Below, one piece after another: positions 49,565 to 62,496 of a stretch of 64,000 nucleotides of DNA. This stretch comes from the human T2T-CHM13v2.0 reference genome, Homo sapiens. Positions within the stretch are counted from its first letter, which is position 1; every line of letters starts with the position of its first letter. The notes under the pieces were generated by a model. The model was not told the DNA's origin, did not search any database, and worked only from the letters and a program-made list of their open reading frames with translations. The stretch lies in the NCBI RefSeq assembly GCF_009914755.1, contig NC_060929.1. One strand, 5' to 3'. The position numbers were made by a program, and so were the translations under genes.

Positions 49565-52007
49565 GTATGGTGGAAGGAGCCTTGGAAGTGGGTTCAAATA
49601 CTTAGTTCCAGTCTCTGCTCTGCCAGCAACTACCTGTGTGAGTGTGGCCAAGGAAATTAACCCCTCAGGTACTCCATTTCCTTATTTTTTAAATGAGCAG
49701 TTTGGACGAGATTATTTTTGAGATCCATTCCTCTCAGATTCTATCAGTCTGGGGGTTCTTTCATGGCATTGCTGAAACACAGAAGTCTTCCAAATGGGGA
49801 AGGTGGGTGGAAAGAGGGGACAGGCTCAGAACAGCAAGCATGAGCCAGGTGCAGCCACGTGACTGTGCCCAAAGCAGTTGCTGCCAGTGCTCATGCTCAC
49901 TGCCTGTCATCATATTGGTGGCACCCCTAGATCCTGCTGCCATGAGGGTGTGAATGATGACCATGGTTAAATCCAAATTGGAGCCTGTGGATGGCAGTGG
50001 AGGTGAGGACTGCCAAACGTATGCACCTGGTCCCAGGCTTGGCACTGCGAGGGCTCAGAAGCAGTTCTTAACGACAAGCATGATAAATACTCCAAGTGGG
50101 AAGCAAAGGAAAGGCAACTTAAATAGAACAAGTTGAAATTTAGGAGCCGTATTCCCTCTACAATCTAAGTGGCCCTGGAGTAATAAAGAACTTCTTTGGA
50201 AAAAAAAAATAAGGGAGGGGAGAAATTTCAGCAGATAAGCAATGTGAAATTCCTACTGTAACTCCTTATCTGTTGTAAACTAGCGTTTAGTTTTCTATAA
50301 AGAGCAGGGACCTGTTCTCACTTTTCACTCATTTGATGGGTAAGATGCAAAGTTAATTTCATGGTGGTGAAACACCCAAGAGGTTGCTTGCTTTCCGTTA
50401 ATATAGAAGACATCTTTGACATTAACACATAGGAGATTTACATATATATATACACACACACACGAGAGCTGATAAATGCATTAAATGCATAAATTATTTA
50501 TTGATCTTGAGACAGCATACAACATGACAAGAAATGAGATATATCTGTGTGATATGCTTGCACATGTAGAAATTGAAGGAGTATATTTTTTTCCTCAGGT
50601 AGAAACATAATTCCAGAAAACATTCTGCCTTTGAAGAACAAAAGTACAAAGATGTTCCAACAGTTGAAGGTTATAGTTTTGCAAAATTGCTTATTACTCA
50701 TTGCATTTGGAAACAGTGCATGGAGAAGACAATCATCTTTCCCAGCCTAAATCTCTTTAGCATGCTCCAATTTCATGTCACCCGCTAGGTAAGATTTAAT
50801 AAGATGTGTCTGTTGGCCTGCACAAAATCTGGTTGACAAGAGCCTTGTGTGTCATGATGCAGATCAAAAGTGGGCTTGGTTGTTGTTGAGCACGGTGTAT
50901 TTTTAAAGAAATAAATTAATAATTTAAGGCCTTTTAGAACTTGTGGAGGGCACCGAACTGACAGCTTGGGGGCGGGGCCTGTCTACTGCCCAGAAGCATC
51001 ATGGGTGCAAGTCTGGAAGTGTCCCCACCCAGCCCACAGGACAGCCTCCCCCAGTCTTCCTTCCACGAGACCCAGGAGAAAATGTAGCATGGTGGGTGGG
51101 TCCCAGCATGACCTGGGGTGTGCAGGAGGCACTGCTGGACAGAATGGGGAGGAAATGCGCTTGTCAGCCCCTCCTTTTGGGTAGGCGGCTGGGGAGATTT
51201 AAGAGGTGAGTACATTTCTGGTCATTACCCACCACTGCTGGAACTAAACCCAGGAACCTCATGTAGGAAGTTGGTGTAGCCACTTCTTCAGATACTCTAT
51301 TTACTTTCAAACTACAAAAACGAAACAAAATCCAAAACCAAAACAAAAAATAACTCAGAACGAAGTCTCAACAACAACAAAAAAGAAAAAGTCCACAGTC
51401 TGTGCTAACCAAGTGGCCTTTATTTTGGGCTGTGGCTGGGCTGGTGAGATGCTCTTTGGCCGTCTGTCACTGTGCACAGCAGTCTGACTGGAATTTTAGT
51501 GAGCCAGGAAAGGGATGGCTATATTTGGCCTCTGGAAGGGAAGTTGCTGAGATGGAGACCGTGCTTTGGGTCATAGGATTTGAGCCAGCAGGAGGGGAAG
51601 CAACTTGCCCCATTTCCCATTTTCAGCTGAGGAAGTGGGTGGGACAACACAGCCAAAACCTTTGTCAGGAGGAGGTCTCTAGGTGAACACACCACGCTGT
51701 TCCCAGAGGAGCTTGTTCCAGCCCAAGGAAACCAGCCTTGGTCTGACTGGCCCAGATGAGTGTGGGCTCAGCTATAGTGCCTGTAAAGCAGGATTATCGG
51801 ATCTCTTGGTCTTCATTCAGCCTTTAGCACTGGATCTAGGCTTTCTCTGGTATTGTATTCATGGAAGCGTCTATGACTTGTTTACTAGTTACTATTTATG
51901 TGCCTCTATGTTTGCTCCTGGAACGTGGGCATTTTGGTTTACTTTTATGACCCACAGAGCTTCTACATACAAGGACTTTTAAAAATTTTAAAAATCAAAC
52001 ATTGGAC

Positions 52008-52046
52008 TAGGTTGCCTTCCTCGTTTAAGCTGTAGGTTATGTGTAC

Positions 52047-52077
<31 letters not shown>

Positions 52078-52220
52078 TATATATACACACATATATACAT
52101 ATACACACACATATATACATATACACACATAACCTAGAGCTTAAATGGGAAAGGCGACCTATATGTATATGTATTATGTATACACACATAACCTAGAGCT
52201 AAAATGGGGAAGGCAATCTA
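52008..52220. repeat. 38-bp unit in three copies (one inverted, two tandem) around a TA/CA microsatellite
   Basis: 52008-52045 is the reverse complement (32/38) of 52124-52161; 52183-52220 is a direct copy (34/38) of 52124-52161. Confidence 0.9.
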
Positions 52221-52909
52221 TATAATAAATTATTAAATCTTCAATTGTATTATAAAAAGAATGACATTTGAGTCATGATAGAAAAACAAGATTATTGTTT
52301 ATAGAGGTATCACTAAAATATGCATTTTGTAAGGCTCATTGATTTATTTCCAATTCAAGAAGCAACATAGACATACAAAATGGTTCATTAGATATTCATT
52401 ATACCTCCTTGGCTGCTATTATTAGAAGTGCCCATGGTGCCAATAGCAAGGTTGATGTTTTCAGGGGTGGAATCAATGCTTGAAACTCATCAATATCTTA
52501 TAAGCAGTTTTGGTTTAAGGTATTTTGATGATTTCATTGAAATGTTTTACCCCATTAAAAAGCTGTAACTTAAACTGTGGTGCAGGGCAGGCGCACATTA
52601 GATGATAAATAGCTTTATGTAAGATTTCAAATTTGTTAAATCTGCATTGAAGAACTACATTTGAAATTGGTTGGAAGGTTGGGTGAATTCTCTAGGTAAA
52701 AATGACATTTGTTTTACGGATCCCTCTGAAACAATTCCCCAAGAGTTTTCATTTGAATAAATCACATCTAAGTTCAGCACTCCAGAAACAGCTAGCATGG
52801 GAGAGTTGCCTTTGCTTTTCTGTTTCCTCTTTTCTGGGAAAAGAGTCAATTTCCTCATCTGTAAAGGGAGTGAGACTAGATAACCTGGAGGTCAAAGTAC
52901 TTACAGCCT

Positions 52910-53420
52910 TTCACTTATTAATTCATTCACTTAACGCTTATTTACTGAGCAGGGGTGGGCATGTTCTGGCACTAACGGAACAGCAACATACAAAACGTAG
53001 TCCTTGTTCTGGTGGAGATGACATCCTACAAGGAGAAAGACAATAAACAGATGAGATAATTTCTTGAATAATTTACTGCTACGAACGCAGTAAAGAGTAT
53101 TGTGTTGAGAAGTTGTGGGTGGATGGGTGGTGCCAGCAACTTTCTCTGAGAAAGAGTCATTTCAGCTGTAAAGAAGCCAGGAGTGAACATCTAGAGGAAG
53201 AGTATTCCAGAGAGAGGAACAGCCAGGATGAGAGGCAGTGCAATAGCATGCTAGGGGAAGAGAAGCACCCAGGTCTTCCCTTCTTGGGTCTTCTTCCCCT
53301 GCCTCTGCTGCAACTGTGAATACTGTGCTGTGAGGAAATGACTGAGGCCAAGGTGGCTGCAGAAAGAGTACAGAAGGGAGAGAAATCGGAGGATGGGGAA
53401 CACTGGGGTCGGAGGTGGAT
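52910..53420 (-). mobile_element. L2 fragment
   Basis: TTCATTCACTTAACGCTTATTTACTGAGC...AGACAATAAACA...TATTCCAGAGAGAGGAACAGC...GAGGCCAAGGTGGCTG. Confidence 0.7.
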
Positions 53421-53424
53421 AGAT

Positions 53425-53760
53425 CTGTTACAACAGACTAGGCTGCACTTCAGTGATGAGTAAACACCCTATCTCAGTGGCTTAACCAAGCACATGTTTC
53501 TTGCTCGTGTTATGGTCTGACGCCAGTCTGATGCTCCTCTCTGAGTAGGGATACAGATTCTTGCCATCACGTGTCTCCACCATCGCAGGGTCCTTTACTT
53601 TCAGTCTCATGAATTGGAAGGGGAGAATGAGTGGAAGATTGTGTTGAATGTTTTAGAGGCCAGCCCTGTACAGGCTGCCTGACTAGAATCCAGTGACATG
53701 ACTCTAATCTAATTGGTGAGCATGGAGTCAGTCTTTGCCAAAAGAGAAAAAGGCATAAAA
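53425..53760 (-). mobile_element. MLT1I/J-like MaLR LTR fragment
   Basis: ATCTCAGTGGCTTAAC...TTTCTTGCTC...GACTAGAATCCAGTGACATGAC. Confidence 0.5.
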
Positions 53761-55204
53761 GAAGGGATTCTACTGCTCTCCCCAAATCCTTGAAGACTTG
53801 CACTGCACATGTACCATCTTGGCCAGGAGTGCTGGTGAAGGGGTTTGGATGGGGAGGTAATGTCCTCACAGTGATGACTTCTCATCATCTCCACTAGACA
53901 GTACACAGAGAAGAAAGACTGGGGAAAAGGTCACCATTTCAGCCCTGGAAGGGAGCTCAGGAAGATGAACCTCTCACTTTAAGCTCAAACCAAGTTATTT
54001 TGCTGCTTCTTCAGAATCTGGAGGAAGAGCCAGGCTTGATGCAAGAGGCTCCTAACTCCTATTGCCTGGCATTAAAGACTTCCTTCCATCTGTCTTTAGC
54101 TCATGTTCTATCCAACGCTGCTTCTCACATCTCAGAACATCTGCTCTAGCCAGGCCAGACTTCTTGAGGCTTCCCATCCAATAGAGAATGGACTTCATTC
54201 CCCTGTGTTCTCATCATTCTTCTCTTGCAATGCCTGGTCCCTCCTCTCCATCCAAATCTATGAGTCCTTCTTATCTTTGTGGAACTTCACCGCCTTGTGG
54301 AGCCTCAGCTCTGGGGGGTCATGTGCATTGTTCCTATGTACTACTGGTGGAATAGGCTGGCTCAAGGGGGGTACAGTCACAAAGAGGCCGTACATTTCTT
54401 CTACCTAGCTTCAGATATGCTCAGGCAGGTCCCTACTTCCTGTGCTTTAGAGACATCTCATGCAGATGCCTTGGCTTTCTGGATTACTTCCAACTACTAG
54501 AAAAGCCTCAATTCTGATAATGAGATTTCTTTTCAGTGTTAAAGGTCCAGTTCAGCTTAACGTCAAACTTCAATCTCACCTCCATATCAAAGTTAGTGAT
54601 ATCGGCTGAAGCTCAGGCTCATGCAGTTGGGAAGGAGGGGTTGATTGGCAATTTTATTCTCTCTCTACCTCATCTCTCTTCTGGCTCTTCCAGGATCCAG
54701 GCTGGTATTGGTGAGATTAGAGGAAGAGGGACGAAAAACAACATCTCACATCAAGATTCTGCCTTGGCTGTGGTTGAGAGGCCCTGTGATGCCCTTCATT
54801 CCAGCAGGGTTCTTTCATGAGGCACATTTTTGGCAACATAGAGGAAACTCCTCCCACTCATCACATAACCTTCAACCACTTCTCCCCCTTACTCCACTCC
54901 AGCCACGCTGGCCTTCTTTCTATTCTCAGTCTGGGAAGTTCCATTCAGCCTCAGAGCCTTGGCATTTTCATTCTCCCTGCCCAGAGCCTGCTCTCCCTCT
55001 CCTTTCTGAGTAGCCCCTAGTGATTTTTAAAATCTTGACTCAAGCGTCAATTCTTCAGAACACCCTATCATAAACTCTTACCAGGGCAGGCCCTAGTTGT
55101 GCACTCTCCCAGCCCCTGTAATGAAGACATTAATTGTATAAACAGTTGTTTAGCGTCTATCTTTCCTACTTGAATGTGAGTTCCAAGAGGGCTTGATAAA
55201 TTGG

Positions 55205-55615
55205 TATATTAGGCTGTTTTTGCATTGCTGTAAAGAAATACCCAAGGCTGGGTAAAGAAAAGAGGTTTAATTGGCTCACAATTCTGCAGGCTATACAAGC
55301 ATGGTTGCAACATCTGTCTCTGGTGAGGCTTCAGGAAGCTTACAATCATGGCAAAAGGCAACGAGAAGCCAGCATGTCACATGGTGAGAGCAGAAACAAG
55401 AGAGAGAAAAGGGGGAGGTCCCAGAGTTTTAAACAACCGGGTCCCTCATGAACTAACTTGAGTGAGAACTCACTTATCCCCAAAGGGATAGTGCTAAACT
55501 ATTAATGAGAGATCTGCCATCATGATCCAATCACCTCCCACCAGGCCCAACCTCTTACACTGGGAATCACATTTCAACTTGAGATTTGGAGGGGGCAAAT
55601 AACCAAACCATATCA
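55205..55615 (-). mobile_element. MSTA-like MaLR solo LTR
   Basis: TATTAGGCTGTTTTTGCATTGCTGTAAAGAAATACC...GAGGTTTAATTGGCTCAC...CATGATCCAATCACCTCCCACCAGGCCC...AAACCATATCA; TSD ATTGG/ATAGG. Confidence 0.92.
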
Positions 55616-56184
55616 ATAGGCATTTGTAGAAAGACAGAACAAAGGAATGTTCCTAATAAGTAAATGAGTACCTCGACTTGCCAAGCAGACAGTAGACACT
55701 TAATAATTATTTGTAGAACTGTCATGAAATTGAAGGCAGGAGCCATGTCTGTTAATTTCTAGATTCATGATATGACTTAGTTCAATAAATACCTGTTGCC
55801 CAGTGTTTTGAATAACCTCATCAGAATTAACACAAATAATGGAGAACTGGCTGGAACATAGTTCTGACCTGCACTTTATGGATGTTCCTCAATGTCAGCA
55901 GAAGAATTACTGCTATCTTTACAAAGAACTGTGTCAGCCAAGGCATGATTCTTGCCTTTAATCAGCTGACTTTATGTTCTGTAGTCTGGGAAGAGCATGA
56001 TTGCAGGAAAGGACATGGATAATGTAACCGTAGATCCAAAGAATGACAGTTTCTAAATAATTTGTCCCTTTATTCTCTTTAGTGCACTTGTACTTCTATT
56101 AGCCCAACCAATCCAATTCTTGGTTCCCCAAACAGGTTCACCATATGTACCTTCAACCTGACTTGTATGAAGACTTGTTTTATT

Positions 56185-56410
56185 AGTCACAATTAGTTGC
56201 AGGTGCAAAGACTGAGGGCACAACTAACTGTGTCTGGAATCACCTCCTCACATATGCAATTAAACACTTGCACACTCAGAATTAGGTTCAAGTGGCTAAT
56301 TGCACCCGGAAGTAGGTAATTGCAGGTGCAATTAGCTACAAGTGCAATTTTTCACCCGAGACTAATTGCTCCCAAAGTAAGGAGATAGGGATTGGAAATT
56401 CAGCACTGAA
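56185..56410. repeat. Old palindromic element (MER135-like, tentative)
   Basis: Nested inverted repeats built from TGCAGGTGCAATT/AATTGCACCCG motifs and an end resembling TTG(A/G)AAATTCAGC; family name from memory only. Confidence 0.5.
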
Positions 56411-56897
56411 TGTATGTGTGGTTATTGCAACCACCTGTGATTTTAATAGTCGCTGCCCCCCCCACCCCCGCACAAACTTGTAGTGTGGTGGCCTCCCTTT
56501 GGTCTTTTTGAATAGTTAAATTGCTTAACTCCTTCTGTATATTTATTCTACAGCATTCTCTTTCCAGTTGGGTATTCTTTTCCCTACTTAGACCCTGTTT
56601 CTTCAGAATTTATTTATTTTCTTCTGGAACCCCTGGCTATTTAAAGGCCATATATTCCTCCACTGTTTAACTGTATCTAAAACTTCTCAGAATCTAAGTA
56701 AGAAATGGTCAATAACTTGAACAGCTTACTGGATGGTAACCATCAAGTAGCTCTTGAACACTGTTCCTTGAGGAATATCATTTAAACATAACAGATGTAA
56801 AGCTCTTCTTCCCATCCCTGGTGACGAGGAGATGGATCACTCCATCAAAGCACCCAGAAACCTGTCTTCACTAGCAGGTTTAATTTTTTCCTACTAG

Positions 56898-57260
<363 letters not shown>

Positions 57261-57429
57261 AGTTTTTTTTTTTTTGTTTTTTAATGACTGTAAAATGAAA
57301 GCATAATTGGAAAAAATTCAATGAATTTAAATTGAATAAAGTTAAAATAACCAAGGAAACCAAAACTGTTAATACTACTACAGAAAGTCTTTTGATCATG
57401 TAAACATTATTTAAGTAAGGAGTTGATCA

Positions 57430-57830
57430 CCATAGTTATTTTAACAGAGATAATTTAATAAAGGGGATTATTAGGCTAGTATTAGGACTGAAAAGGCAAA
57501 AAAGGAACCTTGAGGCATCTCAGTGACGGTAACTGCAGGGAGCAGCTACCACCCCAAGGGCTGAGGAAACAAAGCAAGAGACTGGGGTTAATAGAACCTA
57601 GATGCTTAGGGGAAGGGCCCAGCAAAGCTGGAACACAGGTCTCTGGTGGAGGGTGTTCCCAGGCTGATGCGGACTCTCAGCAGCTTGAGGAGGGATCACA
57701 TAGAGCTGGGACTCAGAGCTCTTAAGAGGGGACACTGCCCAACTGGTTTTGTACCCTTGGAATTTGGAGAAGAGACTTGGCAGAGCTGGGACCCGGAATG
57801 TAGAGTGGGGCTTCCTCCCAGGTGGTCCTG
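57430..57830 (-). mobile_element. Old LTR fragment (LTR78-like, tentative)
   Basis: TAATTTAATAAAGGGGATT...AACTGCAGGGAGCAGCTACCACCCC...GAGCTGGGAC motif repeated; resembles ancient eutherian LTRs. Confidence 0.4.
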
Positions 57831-58098
57831 AACTGTAAGCAACCCACTAAACACTGCAGCACTATGGATAAAATGGAAAAAAATGCCTGCAGGATGTGCC
57901 TTGGAACCTGGGGCTTGTGGTCTTTTGTTGGATCCAACCAGGATGAAGCATGTTTTGATATGGGCAGGTAAAAAAGGGGCATGAAGTTAGTGAATCAGAG
58001 CCTTTGCAAGTGTGTACATTTACGTGTGTCTTTTCTCTGTGTTCGGCATTTTCCTTTGCATGATTTTATTCTCATTCTTTCGTGCTGAAAATGCTTGC

Positions 58099-58146
<48 letters not shown>
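58099..58146. repeat. Compound microsatellite (GT)11(GA)13
   Basis: Read directly from the sequence. Confidence 0.97.
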
Positions 58147-59434
58147 ATATCATAGTGAGTGCAAGCCAGTGGTGGTCATAAAATGGTAATCTTAGCAGGT
58201 GTGTACAGCTGGCCCTGCCCAGCGATCTGCAGCAGATTTCATTTCCTCATAGCTCATCTGGCTGGTTGATCTCCTTTTGCCCTTTCCTGCTGTGAGAATT
58301 CATGGCCAGCCTGAAGCCAACCTCCTGGCTTCTGTGGAGTGCTGACTCCTCCACTTCCCTGCTTAGTCACTCTGAGGTGGAACAGGATCCCACTTGCTAA
58401 GCTAGTGGCTGCTTCTGCTGAATGCCAATCTGAAGGGGCGATCAACCCCTTTGAACTCCCTCTGGCTATTGAGTCTGCCATTGTTCAGACCCTGCAGTGT
58501 GCATGGACTGGTGACAAAGCCCGGGTGAGGAAGCAAGAGATGACAACCGGAGGGGAACAGGGGAGGGCAGGAAGGCCTTTGACTTGGCCTGGACACCTGG
58601 CGATGCTTTATTGCCCCAGACAGACTCTCCTGCTCCAAGATCCAGCCCAGGGGCTGTGAAGGTCACTCGGCGCTCGCCGCCCATGGGAAGGAAGTGTTTC
58701 CTTGGGCAGCAGAGCCAGGCTCCTTAATGACTGCTTCAGCTGAGCATTTCTACTTGGAAAGGAGAGCAAATGTTCCTTTGCCCTTGCCACCCTGCTTAGT
58801 TGCAGCTTAGGCCTCTCAAGAGGGAACATAAATATTAGGGAAGTTGGGTCACCTACCAGTGGTTTGGGCTAAGAAAACATTTTTTTCTTCTCAGGAAAAT
58901 GAATAAAACCACATGATGGAAAATGCTAGAAATAGAGGAAAGGGAACAACAGCTTTAAAAAATCTGAGTAACCTGTAATAATCACTAATAGCATTTGAAG
59001 GTGTTTTTACCCACCCCTCCCCTGTGCAAATAGTTCATTCATTCATTCATTCTCTAAGTGTCAGTTGAGTGCCTACCATTGCCACTTGCTGGAGATAGGA
59101 CCCTGAACAAAATAGATCAAAAGTCTAGCTCCTAGGAGCTTCTATTCTTGGTAGGGGAAGAGGGGCACATCTTGCATTCAGTTTCTTTTCCTGTTGTCAT
59201 TTGTCAGTCAATCTCAGCAGCACTTCCCTTGTCATTGCATTGTCTTCATACCCATTATTCCGATGATTGCTTGTTTTTCCGAGTGAATGGCTCAGACTCC
59301 ACTTAACCATGTCACTACTGTCCAGTGGTTTCCATCTGCACAGTTTTAAATAATGCTGTGGTTAGTATATTTGTGCAGGCAGATTTTAAAAAATAGATTT
59401 TTGGGGTAATTTCCTCTCTGGCTATATCTTACAC

Positions 59435-59620
59435 AGTATCAGGTAGGACTCTTGGTTACAAACAACAGACCCCAAATCTGGTTAACTTAGGCAGAAAGGG
59501 AATTTGTTGGAAGGCTATCTATCCAGCAGCCTATGGAATTATCAGAAGGCTGGAGAACCAAGCTCAGAAAAGCATCAGGAACGAGGGTCAGGGGGCAAAA
59601 GTACAGCACAGGTCCACGCC
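59435..59620 (-). mobile_element. MLT1M/N-like MaLR LTR fragment
   Basis: CTCTTGGTTACAAACAACAGACCCCAAATCTGGTTAACTTAGGCAGAAAGGGAATTTGTTGGAAGG...GGCTGGAGAACCAAGCTC. Confidence 0.55.
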
Positions 59621-61684
59621 CTGTAGAGTCCCTGAGACCTGCTGCAGGCCCCTCCTCACTACCTCCTACTCTCCTTTCAGCTCTTCCAGCTTTCCAAGGA
59701 GAAATCTCTCTCCTCCTGAAGCCTCCGTCTTGCATCCTGGAATCTTGAGTTCAGGGTGGAGCACTGGTGGCCGGGTGAAGGTCAGCAGCCTGCTGTTCTG
59801 TTTCCAGGGAGTGAGAGGAGGTGTCCTTCCTGGCTCTCCAGAGAGGAAGTGGCTGCTGCCCCTCACCTCAACTTAGGGAGGCTGCTTGGACCCTCAGTAG
59901 GAAAGAGGAGAAATATCCACTACAAACACGTTCCTTTTCTTCTTATATATGTGTTTGTTGTGTGTGGGATGACAGAGGGTAGGGACACGGTTAAAGACAC
60001 ATCGAACATCACCTGCCAGAGAGGGGTGTAAACACTTCTCTGCATTGCTAGTAGGGTCCAGGTATTCTCAGCACCTCCAGCAGCCTGGGGGACTCAGCCT
60101 CCAGGACTGGAGAAAAGAGGGTGAAATTCACATTGATGATTGCTTTTTGATAGGTAAGAAAACTGGGGCTTAAAAAGGATGTGTGACTTACAGCGGACTA
60201 TGTTGCCAGCAAACCTGGGCTGCGGGGACTTGAGTCCAGGTCTTCTGAAACACCCGAGGGTTAGTTGGACAAGTATTACTTCCCTGCTCTGGGCTGGTGG
60301 CCTATAAGGGGTGCCTGGAGCAATCCTCTTGCTGGGACAAAAGCCCTTTCAACAAAGGGGCCTTTGTAACAAGCCTTTCTTTGTCTGGCCACCAGGCTGT
60401 TCCCTGGAGTAATTAAAGCCTGTAGTCCTTAGATATGAGGCTGGCTAACACTGCTTGACAGGAATACAGCAATGTGAGTTTGGGTGCCAATGCTAGATTG
60501 GAAATGCATGTCTTCCTGCTCCCAGACACCTAGGCATGAACCACATGGCTAGATGGCCCTGCCCCTCCTCCCTGGCCACTCTGCGTAGAGGAGGACAGCA
60601 CCCACTGGTCCTACAGGATGGGGGCTAGTGGCACTCTCCTGGGCAGTGCCAGGCAAGTAGACTGTCATGCAGCTTTACTGCTGTGGCCGCATCTCTGGGA
60701 CCTGCTAGTGGACATCTGGCTTACTACTACTGCTCAGAGGAGAAAGGTCACAGCCTTCCAAGGGTCCTTGGATATCTGGCACTGTGCACCTGCATCTTGT
60801 CCACAGTGTCCCCCCTGGGGTGGGGAGGTGCCTCTTTCCTTTGTCTAGGGAGATGGTCTCCCCTGGACTCCCTTGGGGTCTCAGGACACAGCATTAAAAT
60901 TGGCTTGTGTGTTTAGTCATCTTCTGTGAGGCTGGACCTTTATGCTAAAGGTCCCTCAACTAGTGGAGAAAAGACAAGCTTTACTCTCCCCAGAACTAGG
61001 AAGTTAACCTTTTATGAGAGTTGTACTGCTGGGGACCGCGAAGGACACCAGAAATAAACTCCGTCTCTGCTCTCAGAGAACTTTAGATGTCTCTCAGTGC
61101 GGCCACCACTTGGAGGGGAAAAGAGAAACTTCTCTCATTAAAGGCAGTGCCCTGGCTCAGGGCCTTCTCAGGCTGAGAGCTCTGTGGGGCTTTCACTCAC
61201 CCTGTCCCCTGCAGACACCTGAGGTGCAGCTCACCTGCCAGCGAACGAAGGCATTCCAGGTATAGGTTAAAGTGGAATTTCGGCATTGGCAGAGTTAACA
61301 TTCATAAATTCAACAACTTGTGTGTGCCCTCAAGGGCCCGTGGCAGGAGACGAGGTTTAATTGTGCTGAGGCACACATTTCCATCACATGGGGTGGGTGG
61401 GTCTCTTCACTACTGAGAACTGGGTACCAGGGTTTCAGCAGTTTTGGGCTCTTGGTTCCTCACCACCAAAGGCAGTTTGTGGGGGATCTTTATGTTTCAG
61501 CAGTATTTGAGAATCTGGGGAGTCATGAGCGGCTCAGGCTGGGTCTCCTGGTATGCAGGAGGTATCTGGTGGGGAGGGTGCTGGGGTCTGGGAATCCCCC
61601 CTCGCCATGCCACTTCCCCTCAAGTCCCCAACCCTCTGGAGCCCTCAGGCTTGGGATCAGGCTTTTTCAGGCTCAGCCCCACCT

Positions 61685-62496
61685 GCCAACCAGGGGCGGG
61701 TGCACCCGCCCTCAAGATGCACACAGCTGCATTGTCTGCAGATAATTTAAAACCAATAATAAAATCGACTGTGAGTCAGTTTGCTTTTTCTTATCCCTAG
61801 GCCAGTAATTCTAAACAATGTCAGTGATAAAATAATCCTCCCACAAATCTTTTGTTTGTCCATTTTCTAAACAATTGCTGTGGTGACTATTGAATTTTAA
61901 TTCTATACACTCATATACATCTGTGTGTATGTGTGTGTGTATACATATATACCCATATATATACACACATACATATATATGCTTCAAATTAGCATAGTTA
62001 ATTACTTATCCTTTTACTAATATTATAGTCTATGTGAAAGTTACTTAGGAGAACTTCCAGTAAGAAAGAACAGTTCAAGATGGTTCGAACTGGCTTCAGG
62101 CACAGTTTGTGTCTCCAGCCCCTGTTGTACTAAGTATGCCTGCATTTAAATAATCGATAAAGGATGATAGCACAGTAATTGCAAAGCCAAGACACAAAAC
62201 CTGAGTTAATTTAATTCTGTCATTCTGCACAACCACTTGGAATTTTAATTTGTGTTTAAAGTTTAGGAAATGCAAATTTTAGTTCATACACGAGATATTT
62301 GACTGGATTTGAATAATATCTTGAAAATTAAAATTTATTCTGTTTAAATTATTGTTTTAAAGCTAATGAATGAATCATGAGAGTAATAATAATTAATGAT
62401 TATTACATGATTCTCACTGAAAATAATTTTGTCCCATAGAGGAGGGTACTAAAAAATGATCAGTTTGGGGAGTCAGATATGTTATCTTGGCCACTG
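61685..62496 (+). mobile_element. MER97 hAT-Tip100 fossil with an internal TA/TG microsatellite (~61905-61981)
   Basis: GCATTGTCTGCAGATAATTTAAAACCAATAATAAAATCGAC...AATTCTAAACAATGTCAGTGATAAAATA...GAAAATAATTTTGTC...AAAAAATGATC...GCCACTG. Confidence 0.85.

Noticed and set aside
61685-61712. GC box or CTCF-like site CAACCAGGGGCGGG as a promoter element
   Set aside because: It lies in the GC-rich terminus of the MER97 fossil and lacks one G of the CTCF core.
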